64,000 nucleotides of DNA, from the NCBI GenBank assembly GCA_044222185.1, contig JBGANV010000001.1, positions 512,001-576,000 on the forward strand, given 5' to 3'. Below are positions 9,920 to 19,503 of the stretch, one piece after another; the first letter of the stretch is position 1; the number at the start of each line of letters is the position of its first letter. Made by a program: the position numbers and the translations under genes. Under the pieces are notes generated by a model. It had not been told where the DNA came from and ran no database searches. It saw only the letters and a list, made by a program, of their open reading frames with translations. The DNA is from Planctomycetota bacterium (GTDB lineage: Bacteria; Planctomycetota; GCA-002687715; CAIWVZ01).

Positions 9920-11685
9920 CGACCGAAATCCTGAGTGCGCAGAACAATCGTGTTCTCGTCATCGACGACGCGGACGGGATTCACACCGATTTCCGGAAGA
10001 TCCTCGCCGCCACCAACGCCGACGATCTCGACGCGCTGGAAGCGAGCGTCTTCGGCGGACCCACTCCGGAGACGACGGCCGAGGAGCGGTTCGAGCTGGA
10101 CTCGGCGTTCCAGGGTCGGGAGGGCCTGGAGATGGTGATCGCGTCGGTCGCCGCCGGACGCCCGTACGCCGTCGCCTTCATCGACATGCGCATGCCACCC
10201 GGCTGGGATGGCCTCGAGACCATCGAGCGGTGCTGGCAGGTCGCCCCGGATCTGCAGGTCGTCATCTGCACCGCGCACTGCGACCACTCGTGGGACGAGA
10301 TCCGCCGGCGCGTGGGAAACGCGGATCGCCTGCTCATCCTGAAGAAGCCGTTCGATACCGTCGAGGTTCGCCAGCTCGCGACCGCACTGACGCGAAAATG
10401 GAACCTCGCTGCGGCGCTCCATCGGCAGCTCGAAGCCTCCGAGGTCGCGGTCGTCGAGCGGACCCGAGAACTGGAACAGGCGCGGCGCCAGCTGCACGAG
10501 GTCATCCAATCGACGCCCTCATTCATGATCGCCGTCGACGCGACCGGCGTCGTGATCGAGTGGAATCGTGCCGCCGAGGAGATCTTCGGTACGACGACGG
10601 CCGATGCCGTTGGCCATACCCTGGACTCCACGGGCATCTGCTGGGACTGGGACCTCATGAGCGCCCGGATTGCGGGTGCGCGCGACTGCCCTGCTCCAGT
10701 ACGCCTGAGCTCGATCCACTTTCGACGACGAAGCGGTGAGGCCGGGCTTCTCGCCGTTTCGCTGAGTTCGTTCGCCACGGATCGGGGGCGAACACTCCTG
10801 ATCACGGGCGAGGACGTCACGGAGGCCGATCTCCTCGCGCGGCAACTGGCGCAGGCCCAGAAACTGGAATCGATCGGCCAGCTGGCGGCGGGCATCGCTC
10901 ACGAGATCAACACGCCGATCCAGTTCATCGGTGACAACGTGCGGTTCCTCCAGACCGCGTTCAAACAGATCCTCGATTTCGATGCGAGCGTTCGATCCGC
11001 CATCGCGTCGAGCGGGACTCCCGATCTGGCTGCCGCCGTCGCCGCCGCCCGCGCCGCCGCCGACCTCGACTACGTCGGCGAGGAGGTGCCGACGGCACTC
11101 GTCCAGACCCTGGACGGCGTCGAACGGGTCGCCCGGATCGTGCTCGCAATGAAGCGGTTCTCACACCCCGGGTCGAACGACATCGCCAGAGTCGACATCA
11201 ACGAAGCCATCCGCAACACCATCGTCGTCGCGGCCAACCGATGGAAGTACGTCGCCGATCTTCGCACCGAGCTCCAGCCGGACCTGCCTGCGGTTGCGTG
11301 CCAGGGAGGTGAGATCAACCAGGTGCTCTTGAATCTGCTGATCAACGCCAGCGACGCGATCACCGACGCCAAGGTCGCCGATCCTGAGCGCGACGGCCGA
11401 ATCCTCGTCTCGACGGCGCAGTTCGCTGATCAGGTGGAGATCAGCGTCAGCGACAACGGCTGTGGGATCCCTGAACACGTTCGGTCGCACATGTTCGACC
11501 CGTTCTTCACGACGAAGGCGCCTGGACGCGGGACGGGACAGGGACTCGCGATCGCTCACTCCGTGATCGTGAAGAAGCACCAGGGGTCCATCCGCTTCGA
11601 AACGAAGGTCGACGTGGGTACGACGTTCGTCGTCCGCCTTCCGATCGCCGGGCCCAAGGGCGACGCCTCGCGGGAACCGACATGA
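9916..11685 (+). CDS. Hybrid REC-PAS-histidine kinase
   Basis: [22 protein letters not shown]; [13 protein letters not shown]; [37 protein letters not shown]; GTGA overlap with the upstream gene and GGAGG upstream. Confidence 0.9.
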   Translation: MTTEILSAQNNRVLVIDDADGIHTDFRKILAATNADDLDALEASVFGGPTPETTAEERFELDSAFQGREGLEMVIASVAAGRPYAVAFIDMRMPPGWDGLETIERCWQVAPDLQVVICTAHCDHSWDEIRRRVGNADRLLILKKPFDTVEVRQLATALTRKWNLAAALHRQLEASEVAVVERTRELEQARRQLHEVIQSTPSFMIAVDATGVVIEWNRAAEEIFGTTTADAVGHTLDSTGICWDWDLMSARIAGARDCPAPVRLSSIHFRRRSGEAGLLAVSLSSFATDRGRTLLITGEDVTEADLLARQLAQAQKLESIGQLAAGIAHEINTPIQFIGDNVRFLQTAFKQILDFDASVRSAIASSGTPDLAAAVAAARAAADLDYVGEEVPTALVQTLDGVERVARIVLAMKRFSHPGSNDIARVDINEAIRNTIVVAANRWKYVADLRTELQPDLPAVACQGGEINQVLLNLLINASDAITDAKVADPERDGRILVSTAQFADQVEISVSDNGCGIPEHVRSHMFDPFFTTKAPGRGTGQGLAIAHSVIVKKHQGSIRFETKVDVGTTFVVRLPIAGPKGDASREPT

Positions 11686-11923
11686 CCGCCTCTCGACGGG
11701 CCGTCGATGCCAGGTTTTCGGTCTCATCTTGGGACTCACGTCGCGCGCGAGGCCACCTCCGCCTCAGGATCAAGGACGACTCGATTCGAGTCCGAAGTTG
11801 GAGTTGCACGTCGCGCGTCGAGGTCTCCGGATTGACCCGGGACCGCATCCGTCCGGATTTCAGGCGACGTGCGAGGCACTGGCTCCGTGGACGCACCGTC
11901 TCGCGGCGCCGTGGGTGGATTGA

Positions 11924-13039
11924 GTGATGATCGAGTCTTCGAATCCGACCGTGCTGCTCGTTGACGACGAGGAAGCCGTTACGTCGTCGCTCAAGCGTGC
12001 CCTCTACAAGCACCGTTTCCGGATCTTCACTGCCGGCTCGGCCGCTGAAGGAATGGCTCGCCTCTCGTCGACGAAAATCGACGCGATCGTGTCCGATCAC
12101 CTGATGCCGGGGACCACAGGCGTGCGCTTCCTCGCCGAGGCCATGGCCGCGCACCCAGACACCGTTCGGATCATCCTCTCAGGCCATGCCGACGTGCGCG
12201 TCGCGCTCGATGCGATCAACGAGGCGCGCGTGTTCCGCTTTCTCACGAAACCGTGCTCGGTCGAGACGCTTGCATTGGCGGTGGCTGAGGGCCTCGACGC
12301 GCGCGAGCGCCACGGGAGCGCCGTGACGTGCGATCGGGCGGTGAGCGCCAGCACCCGCACGGAACTGGACCGCGCGTTGGACGACGCGATTCAGTCCCTC
12401 TGGCTTGCAATGGACCCCATCGTCTCGACGCGGGACTCGCGGTTGTTCGGGTATGAGGCGAAGGCCCACAGTGCTCACGAGCGGCTCTCCACCTTCGCCG
12501 GCCTGCACAGCGCCGCACGGCAGCTCGGACGATGCGCCGACCTCGACCGCGCCGTCTTCGCGGCGATCGTCGAGCGGATCTCGGCTGCGCCGGCCTCGAT
12601 ACAAATCCTCACCGAGCTGCGACCGGAGTCGTTCCAGAGCCCGGAGCTCACCAGTCCACAATCGCCGCTCCTGCCAATCGCCGATCGGATCGTGTTCGAG
12701 GTCGGCGATCACGACGCGTTTCAGTCGCTCCCGGATGCAAAGGAGCGTATGCAGGCGCTCAGGGCCTGCGGATACCGTTTCGCCGTCGACGAGATGGGAT
12801 CGGGAACTCCCGCGCTGACCAGCCTCGCGACCCTCAGGCCGGAGTTCGTGAAGTTCGACCCGGAGTTCGTGCGCAACATCGAGCGAGACGAGGTGGACGG
12901 CGAGATCATGCGATCCGTGGTGCGCGCGTGCGCGGAGCTAGGGATCGTGACGATCGCGGAAGGTGCAGACACGGGACCGCGACTGCTCGCCGTCACGGAC
13001 TGCCGGTGTGACCTCTTCCAGGGCTCGCGCATCGGGTGA
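11924..13039 (+). CDS. Response regulator with REC + partly degenerate EAL domain
   Basis: VLLVDDE, SDHLMPG, FRFLTKP; EAL-like GYEAK, VFEV, VDEMGSG, VKFD, IAEG, DLFQG. Confidence 0.85.
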   Translation: MMIESSNPTVLLVDDEEAVTSSLKRALYKHRFRIFTAGSAAEGMARLSSTKIDAIVSDHLMPGTTGVRFLAEAMAAHPDTVRIILSGHADVRVALDAINEARVFRFLTKPCSVETLALAVAEGLDARERHGSAVTCDRAVSASTRTELDRALDDAIQSLWLAMDPIVSTRDSRLFGYEAKAHSAHERLSTFAGLHSAARQLGRCADLDRAVFAAIVERISAAPASIQILTELRPESFQSPELTSPQSPLLPIADRIVFEVGDHDAFQSLPDAKERMQALRACGYRFAVDEMGSGTPALTSLATLRPEFVKFDPEFVRNIERDEVDGEIMRSVVRACAELGIVTIAEGADTGPRLLAVTDCRCDLFQGSRIG

Positions 13040-13079
13040 CGCGCACTGACACGGGGCCTCGTCGAGAAGGGCCGATGCG

Positions 13080-13766
13080 TCAGAAGTGGTTCAGGAGCTC
13101 CGCGAACGACCCGATCTGCAGATCCGGCGCGCGTACGAACTCGGCGCGCTCGAAGTCCCAGATCGTGCGGTGGGGGACGAAGACCGTCTTCAGTCCCACC
13201 GTTGCGGCCGGGTTCATGTCCGACTTCGGCGAGTTGCCGATCATCCAGGTCCGGTGCGCATCGAAACCGTGGCGGCCTCGGAGGGCCGTGAAGGTGTCGG
13301 GGTTCTTCTCGGGGAGGATCTCCCATCCGCAGAAGTAGGACTGGATCCCGGAGCGCTGGATCTTGCTCAGCTGTTCGCCGTGGTCGCCCTTCGTGACGAT
13401 CCACAGGTCGTGGCGTAGCGACAGCTCCTGGAGTGTTTCGACGACCCCAGGAAGCACCTCGATCGGGTGTTCGTAGATCGCGCGGCCCAGGGCCTCGATC
13501 GTCTGGCGCGTCTCCGCGGGAAGGGGCCCGAGAAGCAGCTCGTAGGTCTGGCAGAGCGAGATGGCGTAGTTGAGGGATCCGTAGCCGGCCGTCTTCGTTC
13601 GGATCGCTTCGACCTCGCGCAGCTTCTTCTCGGCTGCCAGTCGCGACTCGCCCTTTGCCTCGACGATGTCGAGGAACCCGACGAGGGCATCGAGGAAGTA
13701 CCCGTTGTTCTCCCAGAGCGTGTCGTCGGCGTCGCACAGGAGGATCTGGCGGTCGAGGCGCGGCAT
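13080..13766 (-). CDS. HAD-superfamily hydrolase
   Basis: CDADDTLW motif I, VTKGD, EK, MIGNSPKSD. Start could alternatively be GTG 13796. Confidence 0.87.
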   Translation of the reverse strand: MPRLDRQILLCDADDTLWENNGYFLDALVGFLDIVEAKGESRLAAEKKLREVEAIRTKTAGYGSLNYAISLCQTYELLLGPLPAETRQTIEALGRAIYEHPIEVLPGVVETLQELSLRHDLWIVTKGDHGEQLSKIQRSGIQSYFCGWEILPEKNPDTFTALRGRHGFDAHRTWMIGNSPKSDMNPAATVGLKTVFVPHRTIWDFERAEFVRAPDLQIGSFAELLNHF

Positions 13767-13878
13767 CGAGGGGTGGGGATGGTCCGGGAGGTTCACGGCG
13801 TCTTCAAGAAGTCGGCAGGAATCCCGTCCTTCGTTGAGCCTTTTCTTCGCCGCCCGTAACGTGCCGCCCACTCGACCC

Positions 13879-14982
13879 ATGAAACCGAAGACGACGAAGA
13901 AGCCCCGTGTCCGCCCCATCGACCCGCAGCCGCTCACCGGCGGCGAGTCCACACGCCAGCTCCTCGAAGGGTCCTTCCCGGCCTATGCGGGCCGGGGGAT
14001 GCGTGAGGCGCACCGACTCATGCGGCAGAGCCTCGTCGAGAATCACACCGTGTTCCTCACGGTGAGCGGCGCCATGACCCCCGCTGGGTTGCATCAGTCG
14101 TCGCTCATCCCCTTGATCGAATCGGGCGCCGTCTCGTGCCTCACGACCACGGGAGCCAATCTCTACCACGATCTGCATAGGACCCTCGGCTACGTCGTTC
14201 ACGAAGTCAACCCCTTCGGGGACGACCGCGAGTACCGCCGCCAGAGCGTCATCCGCATCTACGACGTCGGTTTCGACGAGAGCGTGCTCCTCAATACGGA
14301 CGAGTTCTTCTGCCGTGTGCTGCAGACGAAGCCGTTTCAACGGCCCATGACCACCCCCGAGCTCCACTACGAGTTGGGCCGCGTCGTCGCCGCCATCGAG
14401 GACGAGCGCAAGATCCCGCGGCCGTCGCTTCTCGCGACCTGCTTCCGCAACGACGTCCCGATCTTCGTGGGTGCGCCCCAGGACGGCAGCATCTTCCTGA
14501 ACGTCGTTCGCTTGTCGAAAGAGCGGAAGAAGAACTTCAAGTTCCGGCTGGACGTGGCCCGGGACGTCTATTTGATGTCAGCCGTTCAGCATTTCTCCCG
14601 GCAGAACGATGGGCAGGCCAGCATCTGGATCTTCGGCGGCGGCGTCCCGAAGAACTACACGCTCCAAGGCGAGCCTCTCCTGTCGCAGATCCTCGGGGTG
14701 GACGCGCGAGGGTTCGACATCGACGTTCAGGTTTGCGTGGACGTCTCGGACAACGGCGCGCTTTCGTCGTGCTCCGCGGGCGAGGGGCACACGTGGGGCA
14801 AGACGTCGGCCGAATGCGTCGAGACACGGAGCGTGTATCTGCGGACGGACGTCACGGTCGCCGTGCCGATCCTCACGCATGCGATCCTGTCGGACGCCAC
14901 GCTTCGACGTGAGCCCAAGCGGCTCTACCGGTCGCTCGGCAGGGCCGAGAAACTGCTCGACGGCGCCTGGGATCGGGGCTGA
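13879..14982 (+). CDS. Deoxyhypusine synthase family protein (probable homospermidine synthase)
   Basis: FLTVSGAMTPAG, TTGANLYHD, RIYDV, GGGVPKNY, GALSSC..EGHTWGK; promoter-like TTGAGC-N17-TAACGT upstream. Confidence 0.87.
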   Translation: MKPKTTKKPRVRPIDPQPLTGGESTRQLLEGSFPAYAGRGMREAHRLMRQSLVENHTVFLTVSGAMTPAGLHQSSLIPLIESGAVSCLTTTGANLYHDLHRTLGYVVHEVNPFGDDREYRRQSVIRIYDVGFDESVLLNTDEFFCRVLQTKPFQRPMTTPELHYELGRVVAAIEDERKIPRPSLLATCFRNDVPIFVGAPQDGSIFLNVVRLSKERKKNFKFRLDVARDVYLMSAVQHFSRQNDGQASIWIFGGGVPKNYTLQGEPLLSQILGVDARGFDIDVQVCVDVSDNGALSSCSAGEGHTWGKTSAECVETRSVYLRTDVTVAVPILTHAILSDATLRREPKRLYRSLGRAEKLLDGAWDRG

Positions 14983-14994
14983 CCCGAACCGGCA

Positions 14995-15645
14995 TCAAGC
15001 CTTCGCCGCAGCCTCCGCGCGCCGCGCGCGAAGCACTTCGATCACGGCCGGCAGGATCGAGATGACGATGATCGCGATGATCACGTACTGGAAGTTCTTC
15101 TTCACGACCTCCAGGTTGCCGAAGAAGTAGCCAGCGAACGTCAGGAGGATGACCCAGACGGCGCCGCCGCCGACGTTGAAGAGCGCGAACCGCGAGTAGC
15201 GCATGGTGCCGATCCCGGCGACGAACGGTGCGAAGGTGCGGATGATCGGAACGAAGCGCGCGATGATGATCGTCTTGCCGCCGTACTTCTCGTAGAAAGC
15301 CTGCGCCTTCAAGAGGTGCGCCTTGTTGAGCCAGCGCGAATCCGACCGGCTGAACACCTTGGGTCCGACTCTCTTGCCGATGGCGTAGTTCACGGCATCG
15401 CCGATCACGGCGGCGACCCACATCAGCAGGCAAACGAGCCAGACGTTGATCGGGGATCCGTCGGCGGCGGCCAGCGCCCCGACGGCGAACAGCAGGGAAT
15501 CGCCCGGTAGGAACGGCAGGATGACGAGCCCGGTCTCCGCGAAGATGATGGCGAAGAGCAGGACGTAGAGCCACGGGCCCATGTACTCGGCGAGGTTGGT
15601 GAGCTCTTTGTCGAGGTGGAAGAAGATCTCGATCAATCGTTGCAT
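14995..15645 (-). CDS. DedA family membrane protein
   Basis: FAETGLVILPFLPGDSLLF, ARFVPIIRTFAPFVAG. Confidence 0.93.
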   Translation of the reverse strand: MQRLIEIFFHLDKELTNLAEYMGPWLYVLLFAIIFAETGLVILPFLPGDSLLFAVGALAAADGSPINVWLVCLLMWVAAVIGDAVNYAIGKRVGPKVFSRSDSRWLNKAHLLKAQAFYEKYGGKTIIIARFVPIIRTFAPFVAGIGTMRYSRFALFNVGGGAVWVILLTFAGYFFGNLEVVKKNFQYVIIAIIVISILPAVIEVLRARRAEAAAKA

Positions 15646-15679
15646 CGGTGGGGAATCCCGCAGGGGTGGGGCGATGACG

Positions 15680-17461
15680 TCACGGCGCGCGCCGGACGGT
15701 GAAGTCCTGGGCCTCCAATTCGATGTTGCCCGGACCGCGGTACTTATCGAACTTCAGACGATAGGCGAGTGAGATGCGCACCATCGGCCCGATCAATTCC
15801 GGCAGACGGGGCCCCTGGTTCCAGGCCACGACGCGATAGGCGGCCTCGCCGTCGGTGGCGTGAAAGCTCAGGTGGACTCCGCCGACTCCCATGGATGTCG
15901 GGTTGCCGGCGATCCGCAGGTCGTGGGCACAAAAAAGCGGCGTCGGGTTCCCGCTCCCATGCGGGGCGAGCAGCTCGAGCTCCTCGATGAACGCCGGCCG
16001 AATCCGGCCGAGGGGCAGCTCGCAGTCGATATCCAGCGTTCGTGCCAACGGTCGGGCCGCGATCATCGCTTGGGCCGAGGCCCGAAGTCTCGCCTGGAAC
16101 CGCGGGAATTCGGACTCCGTGACCGTGCAACCTGCGGCGCCCGCGTGGCCGCCAAACGACACGAGATGCTCGGCGCACTGGGCGAGGAGGTCACGCAAGT
16201 GGATTCCGGCCGGAGCTCGGGCGGAGCCCCGACCCTTGTCGCCGTTCAAGGCCACCAGGATCACGGGGAGCTGGTAGCGGTCGACCAGGCGGGAGCAGAC
16301 GACTCCGATCACGCCAGGGTGCCAATCGGTCGAACCGAGGCAGATGGCGTCGCAAGCGCCCGGCGGGTCCTTCTTCAACATGCGCTCGGCGTCGAGGAGG
16401 ATCTCCTTCTCGATCTCCTGGCGCCTGGTGTTCGCTTGCTCGAGTTCGTCCGCGAGGCGCGATGCCCGTCCCGGATCGGCGGTCGTGAGCAGCTCCACGA
16501 CCTTCTCGGCCGTTCCCAGGCGACCTGCCGCATTGAGTCGCGGCCCGATCCGGAAACCCACGTGCATGGCCTGGATCGACTGGCCGTCGAGACGGCTCGT
16601 TCGCAGGAGGGCCTTGACGCCGGGCGTCCGGGACGCCGGCAGGGCACGCAACCCGTGGTAGCAGAGCACGCGGTTGTCGCCGGAGAGCTTCACGACGTCC
16701 GTGATCGTCGCCATGGCGACGAACGCCGTGGCGTCCACCAGGTAGTCGCGGAACTCCTGGCTGACCTTGGTGTCGTTCGAGAGCTTCTGCGCCGTCGCCC
16801 AGACGAGCTTGAACGCGACCGCCGCCCCGCAGAGGTCCTTGAACTTCGATGGGCATCCTGGGCGGCGGGGGTTGATGAGGGCGCAGACGTCGGGCGGCAG
16901 CGTCTCCGGCGGCTCGTGGTGGTCGGTGACGATCACGTCCACGCCGCCCTGCGCCAGCCTCGCGATGCCTTCATGGGCGCTCGTGCCGTGGTCCACGGTG
17001 ACGATGACCGATGGGCGGGGAGTGGCGGCGAGGAAGCCCGCGATGGCCGAGTCGTTGAAGGAGTACCCCTCCTTCGTGCGATCCGGGATGTACCAATCGA
17101 CGTCGGCGCCGGCGAGACGCAGGAAGTTCACGAGGACGACGGTCCCGACCATGCCGTCCACGTCGTAGTCGCCGTAGACGAGGACGCGTTCCTTCGATCG
17201 GATTGCGCGGGTCAGCCGTTCGGCGCCGCGCTGCATGTCCATGAGGGCGTCGGGTTCTTCCAGGTCCTTCAGCCGGGGTTGGATGTAGGTTCGTGCCGCC
17301 TCGCTGGTGGTGAATCCCCGGTTCGCGAGGAGGATCGCCATGAGGTGCGACACGTTCAGGTCCGACGCCAGTCGGGCGTCGACCTCCTGGTCCCGGGGGC
17401 GAAGCCGCCACTCGAGGATCGGGCGGCGCACCATTCTTGATTCGACTTCGACCCTGGTCAT
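15680..17461 (-). CDS. recJ: Single-stranded-DNA-specific exonuclease RecJ
   Basis: YGDYDVDG, TVDHG, TDHH, GPRLNAAGRLG, GSAR, GGHAGAAG. Confidence 0.95.
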   Translation of the reverse strand: MTRVEVESRMVRRPILEWRLRPRDQEVDARLASDLNVSHLMAILLANRGFTTSEAARTYIQPRLKDLEEPDALMDMQRGAERLTRAIRSKERVLVYGDYDVDGMVGTVVLVNFLRLAGADVDWYIPDRTKEGYSFNDSAIAGFLAATPRPSVIVTVDHGTSAHEGIARLAQGGVDVIVTDHHEPPETLPPDVCALINPRRPGCPSKFKDLCGAAVAFKLVWATAQKLSNDTKVSQEFRDYLVDATAFVAMATITDVVKLSGDNRVLCYHGLRALPASRTPGVKALLRTSRLDGQSIQAMHVGFRIGPRLNAAGRLGTAEKVVELLTTADPGRASRLADELEQANTRRQEIEKEILLDAERMLKKDPPGACDAICLGSTDWHPGVIGVVCSRLVDRYQLPVILVALNGDKGRGSARAPAGIHLRDLLAQCAEHLVSFGGHAGAAGCTVTESEFPRFQARLRASAQAMIAARPLARTLDIDCELPLGRIRPAFIEELELLAPHGSGNPTPLFCAHDLRIAGNPTSMGVGGVHLSFHATDGEAAYRVVAWNQGPRLPELIGPMVRISLAYRLKFDKYRGPGNIELEAQDFTVRRAP

Positions 17462-17520
17462 GGCGGCGATGGTAACAGACCCATCTCGCCGACTGCCCCG
17501 TCGGCTATCATCCGGCCCTC

Positions 17521-19470
17521 ATGACTGGAACCGTCGCGATCCGCCACGCCGTCGTGGGCACGGCAGGACACATCGATCACGGAAAGTCGAGCCTCGTGAA
17601 GGCGCTGACCGGCACCGATCCTGACCGACTGAAGGAAGAGCAGGCGCGAGGTCTGACGATCGATCTGGGGTACGCCGAGTACCGCGCGTCCGATGGTCGC
17701 GACATCGGGCTCATCGACGTGCCAGGCCATGAGCGATTCGTGAGAAACATGGTCGCGGGTGCGACGGGAATCGACGTGGTCATGCTCGTCGTCGCCGCCG
17801 ACGACAGCGTCATGCCGCAAACGCGCGAGCACCTGGAGATCATGCAGATCCTGGGAATCGAACGCGGCTTCATCGTGATGACGAAGATCGACCTCGTGGA
17901 GCCCGGCATGCCGGACCTCGTCGAGGACGAGCTGCGCGAGTTCGTCCGAGGCACGTTCCTCGAGTCCGCCCGCGTCGTGCGGTGCTCGAACGTCACCGGC
18001 GAAGGGCTCGCGGACGTGAAGGCCGAACTGGAACGCATCGTCGCCGAGCTTCCGCCGCGCGATCCCAGCAGCGTCTTCCGGATGCCGGTGCAGAGGAGTT
18101 TCACGATCAGCGGATACGGCACCGTGGTGACCGGAGTCCCGCTTTCGGGTCGAATCCGGCCGGGCGACGAGTTGGAAGTGCTTCCGCAGACCGTCCGATG
18201 CCGAGTCCGCGGGCTGCAGGTCCACCATCGCGCCGCCGACGAGGGCTGCGAAGGCCATCGCGTCGCGGTGAACGTGACCGACATCAACTACAAGGACGTG
18301 CGCCGCGGCGACGTCCTCGCCACTCCCGGGCTCTTTCAGCCGACGACGCTCGTCGAGGTTCGATTCCGGCTGCTTCCGTCGTGGCGAGAGCCACTGGAGA
18401 CGCATGCGTCCGTGCGATTCCACGTAGGTTGCACGGAGGTCCTGGGAACGCTGGTCCTGCTCGAACGTCGGCAGGTCGAGCCCGATGAGAGCATTCTAGC
18501 GCAGGTGCGGCTCGACGAGCCCGTCGTCGTCGCGCCGGGCGACCACTACTTGCTTCGTCTCGCGTCGCCCGAGAAGACACTCGGAGGTGGCGTGGTGCTC
18601 GGCGAGACACGCTACCGCCAGAAGCAGGGCAAGGAGTGGGTTGCGCAGAACCTCGCGCTGAAGGAGCGGTCGCTCGGCGATCTGGCCGTCTACCTCGAAG
18701 CCGTGGTCCGTGGCGAGGGGCTTCACCCGATCGCTCCGGACAAGTTGTCCGCGATCGTTCACGAGACTCCCGATCGCGTCGCTGCAGTCATGCGCGATCT
18801 CGCGGCTAAGGGGCGGCTCACGGAGATCGCCGGGACCCGCGACGTCCTGCACGCCGAATCCGTCACGGTCGGCGGCGGTGAGGTGGAGAAGGCGTTGCTC
18901 GCCCTCCACGAGAAGAACCACTACGCCTACGGGTTCACCGTGTTCGAGGTGTCGTCCGCGGTCCGGCACGTCCCCGCCGTCGTCGAGATGTTCATCCGGG
19001 ATTGTCTCGCGCGGAAGACGGTCGAGCGCCAGGCGGATCAGTATCGGCTGCGGTCGTTCAAGGGCGGGTTGTCGCAGGAAGATCGGCGTCTCATCGGTTG
19101 GGTGGAGGACAAGCTGCGGAGCGGCGGTCTGGCGACGGTGTCGCCGGCCGACATGGCCAAGGAGCTCCAACGCCCCGAGAAGCGCGTCCTGAACCTCGTG
19201 ACGATGCTCGAGGCGCAGGGGCGCGCGAAGACCGTCGCCGAGGGCGTCGTGTTGCATCGTGACGCGATCAAGGCCGCGCGCGACAAGGTCGTGGAACATT
19301 GCCAGGCCCACGGGGAGCTCGCCTCCAACTTCGCGAAGGAGCTCTTCGGCGGTGCAACGCGCAAGTACGTGATCCCCCTGCTCGAGTACTTCGACGCCCT
19401 GGGGCTCACCGTGCGCAACGAGTCGGCGCGGCGTCTGAAGCCGGGTTACGAGAACGTGCTCGCGGAATGA
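17521..19470 (+). CDS. selB: Selenocysteine-specific translation elongation factor
   Basis: [31 protein letters not shown]; C-terminal winged-helix region ending [13 protein letters not shown]. Confidence 0.95.
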   Translation: MTGTVAIRHAVVGTAGHIDHGKSSLVKALTGTDPDRLKEEQARGLTIDLGYAEYRASDGRDIGLIDVPGHERFVRNMVAGATGIDVVMLVVAADDSVMPQTREHLEIMQILGIERGFIVMTKIDLVEPGMPDLVEDELREFVRGTFLESARVVRCSNVTGEGLADVKAELERIVAELPPRDPSSVFRMPVQRSFTISGYGTVVTGVPLSGRIRPGDELEVLPQTVRCRVRGLQVHHRAADEGCEGHRVAVNVTDINYKDVRRGDVLATPGLFQPTTLVEVRFRLLPSWREPLETHASVRFHVGCTEVLGTLVLLERRQVEPDESILAQVRLDEPVVVAPGDHYLLRLASPEKTLGGGVVLGETRYRQKQGKEWVAQNLALKERSLGDLAVYLEAVVRGEGLHPIAPDKLSAIVHETPDRVAAVMRDLAAKGRLTEIAGTRDVLHAESVTVGGGEVEKALLALHEKNHYAYGFTVFEVSSAVRHVPAVVEMFIRDCLARKTVERQADQYRLRSFKGGLSQEDRRLIGWVEDKLRSGGLATVSPADMAKELQRPEKRVLNLVTMLEAQGRAKTVAEGVVLHRDAIKAARDKVVEHCQAHGELASNFAKELFGGATRKYVIPLLEYFDALGLTVRNESARRLKPGYENVLAE

Positions 19471-19503
19471 CGGGGGCACGACGGCGTTCCCGGCGCCTGC
19501 GCA

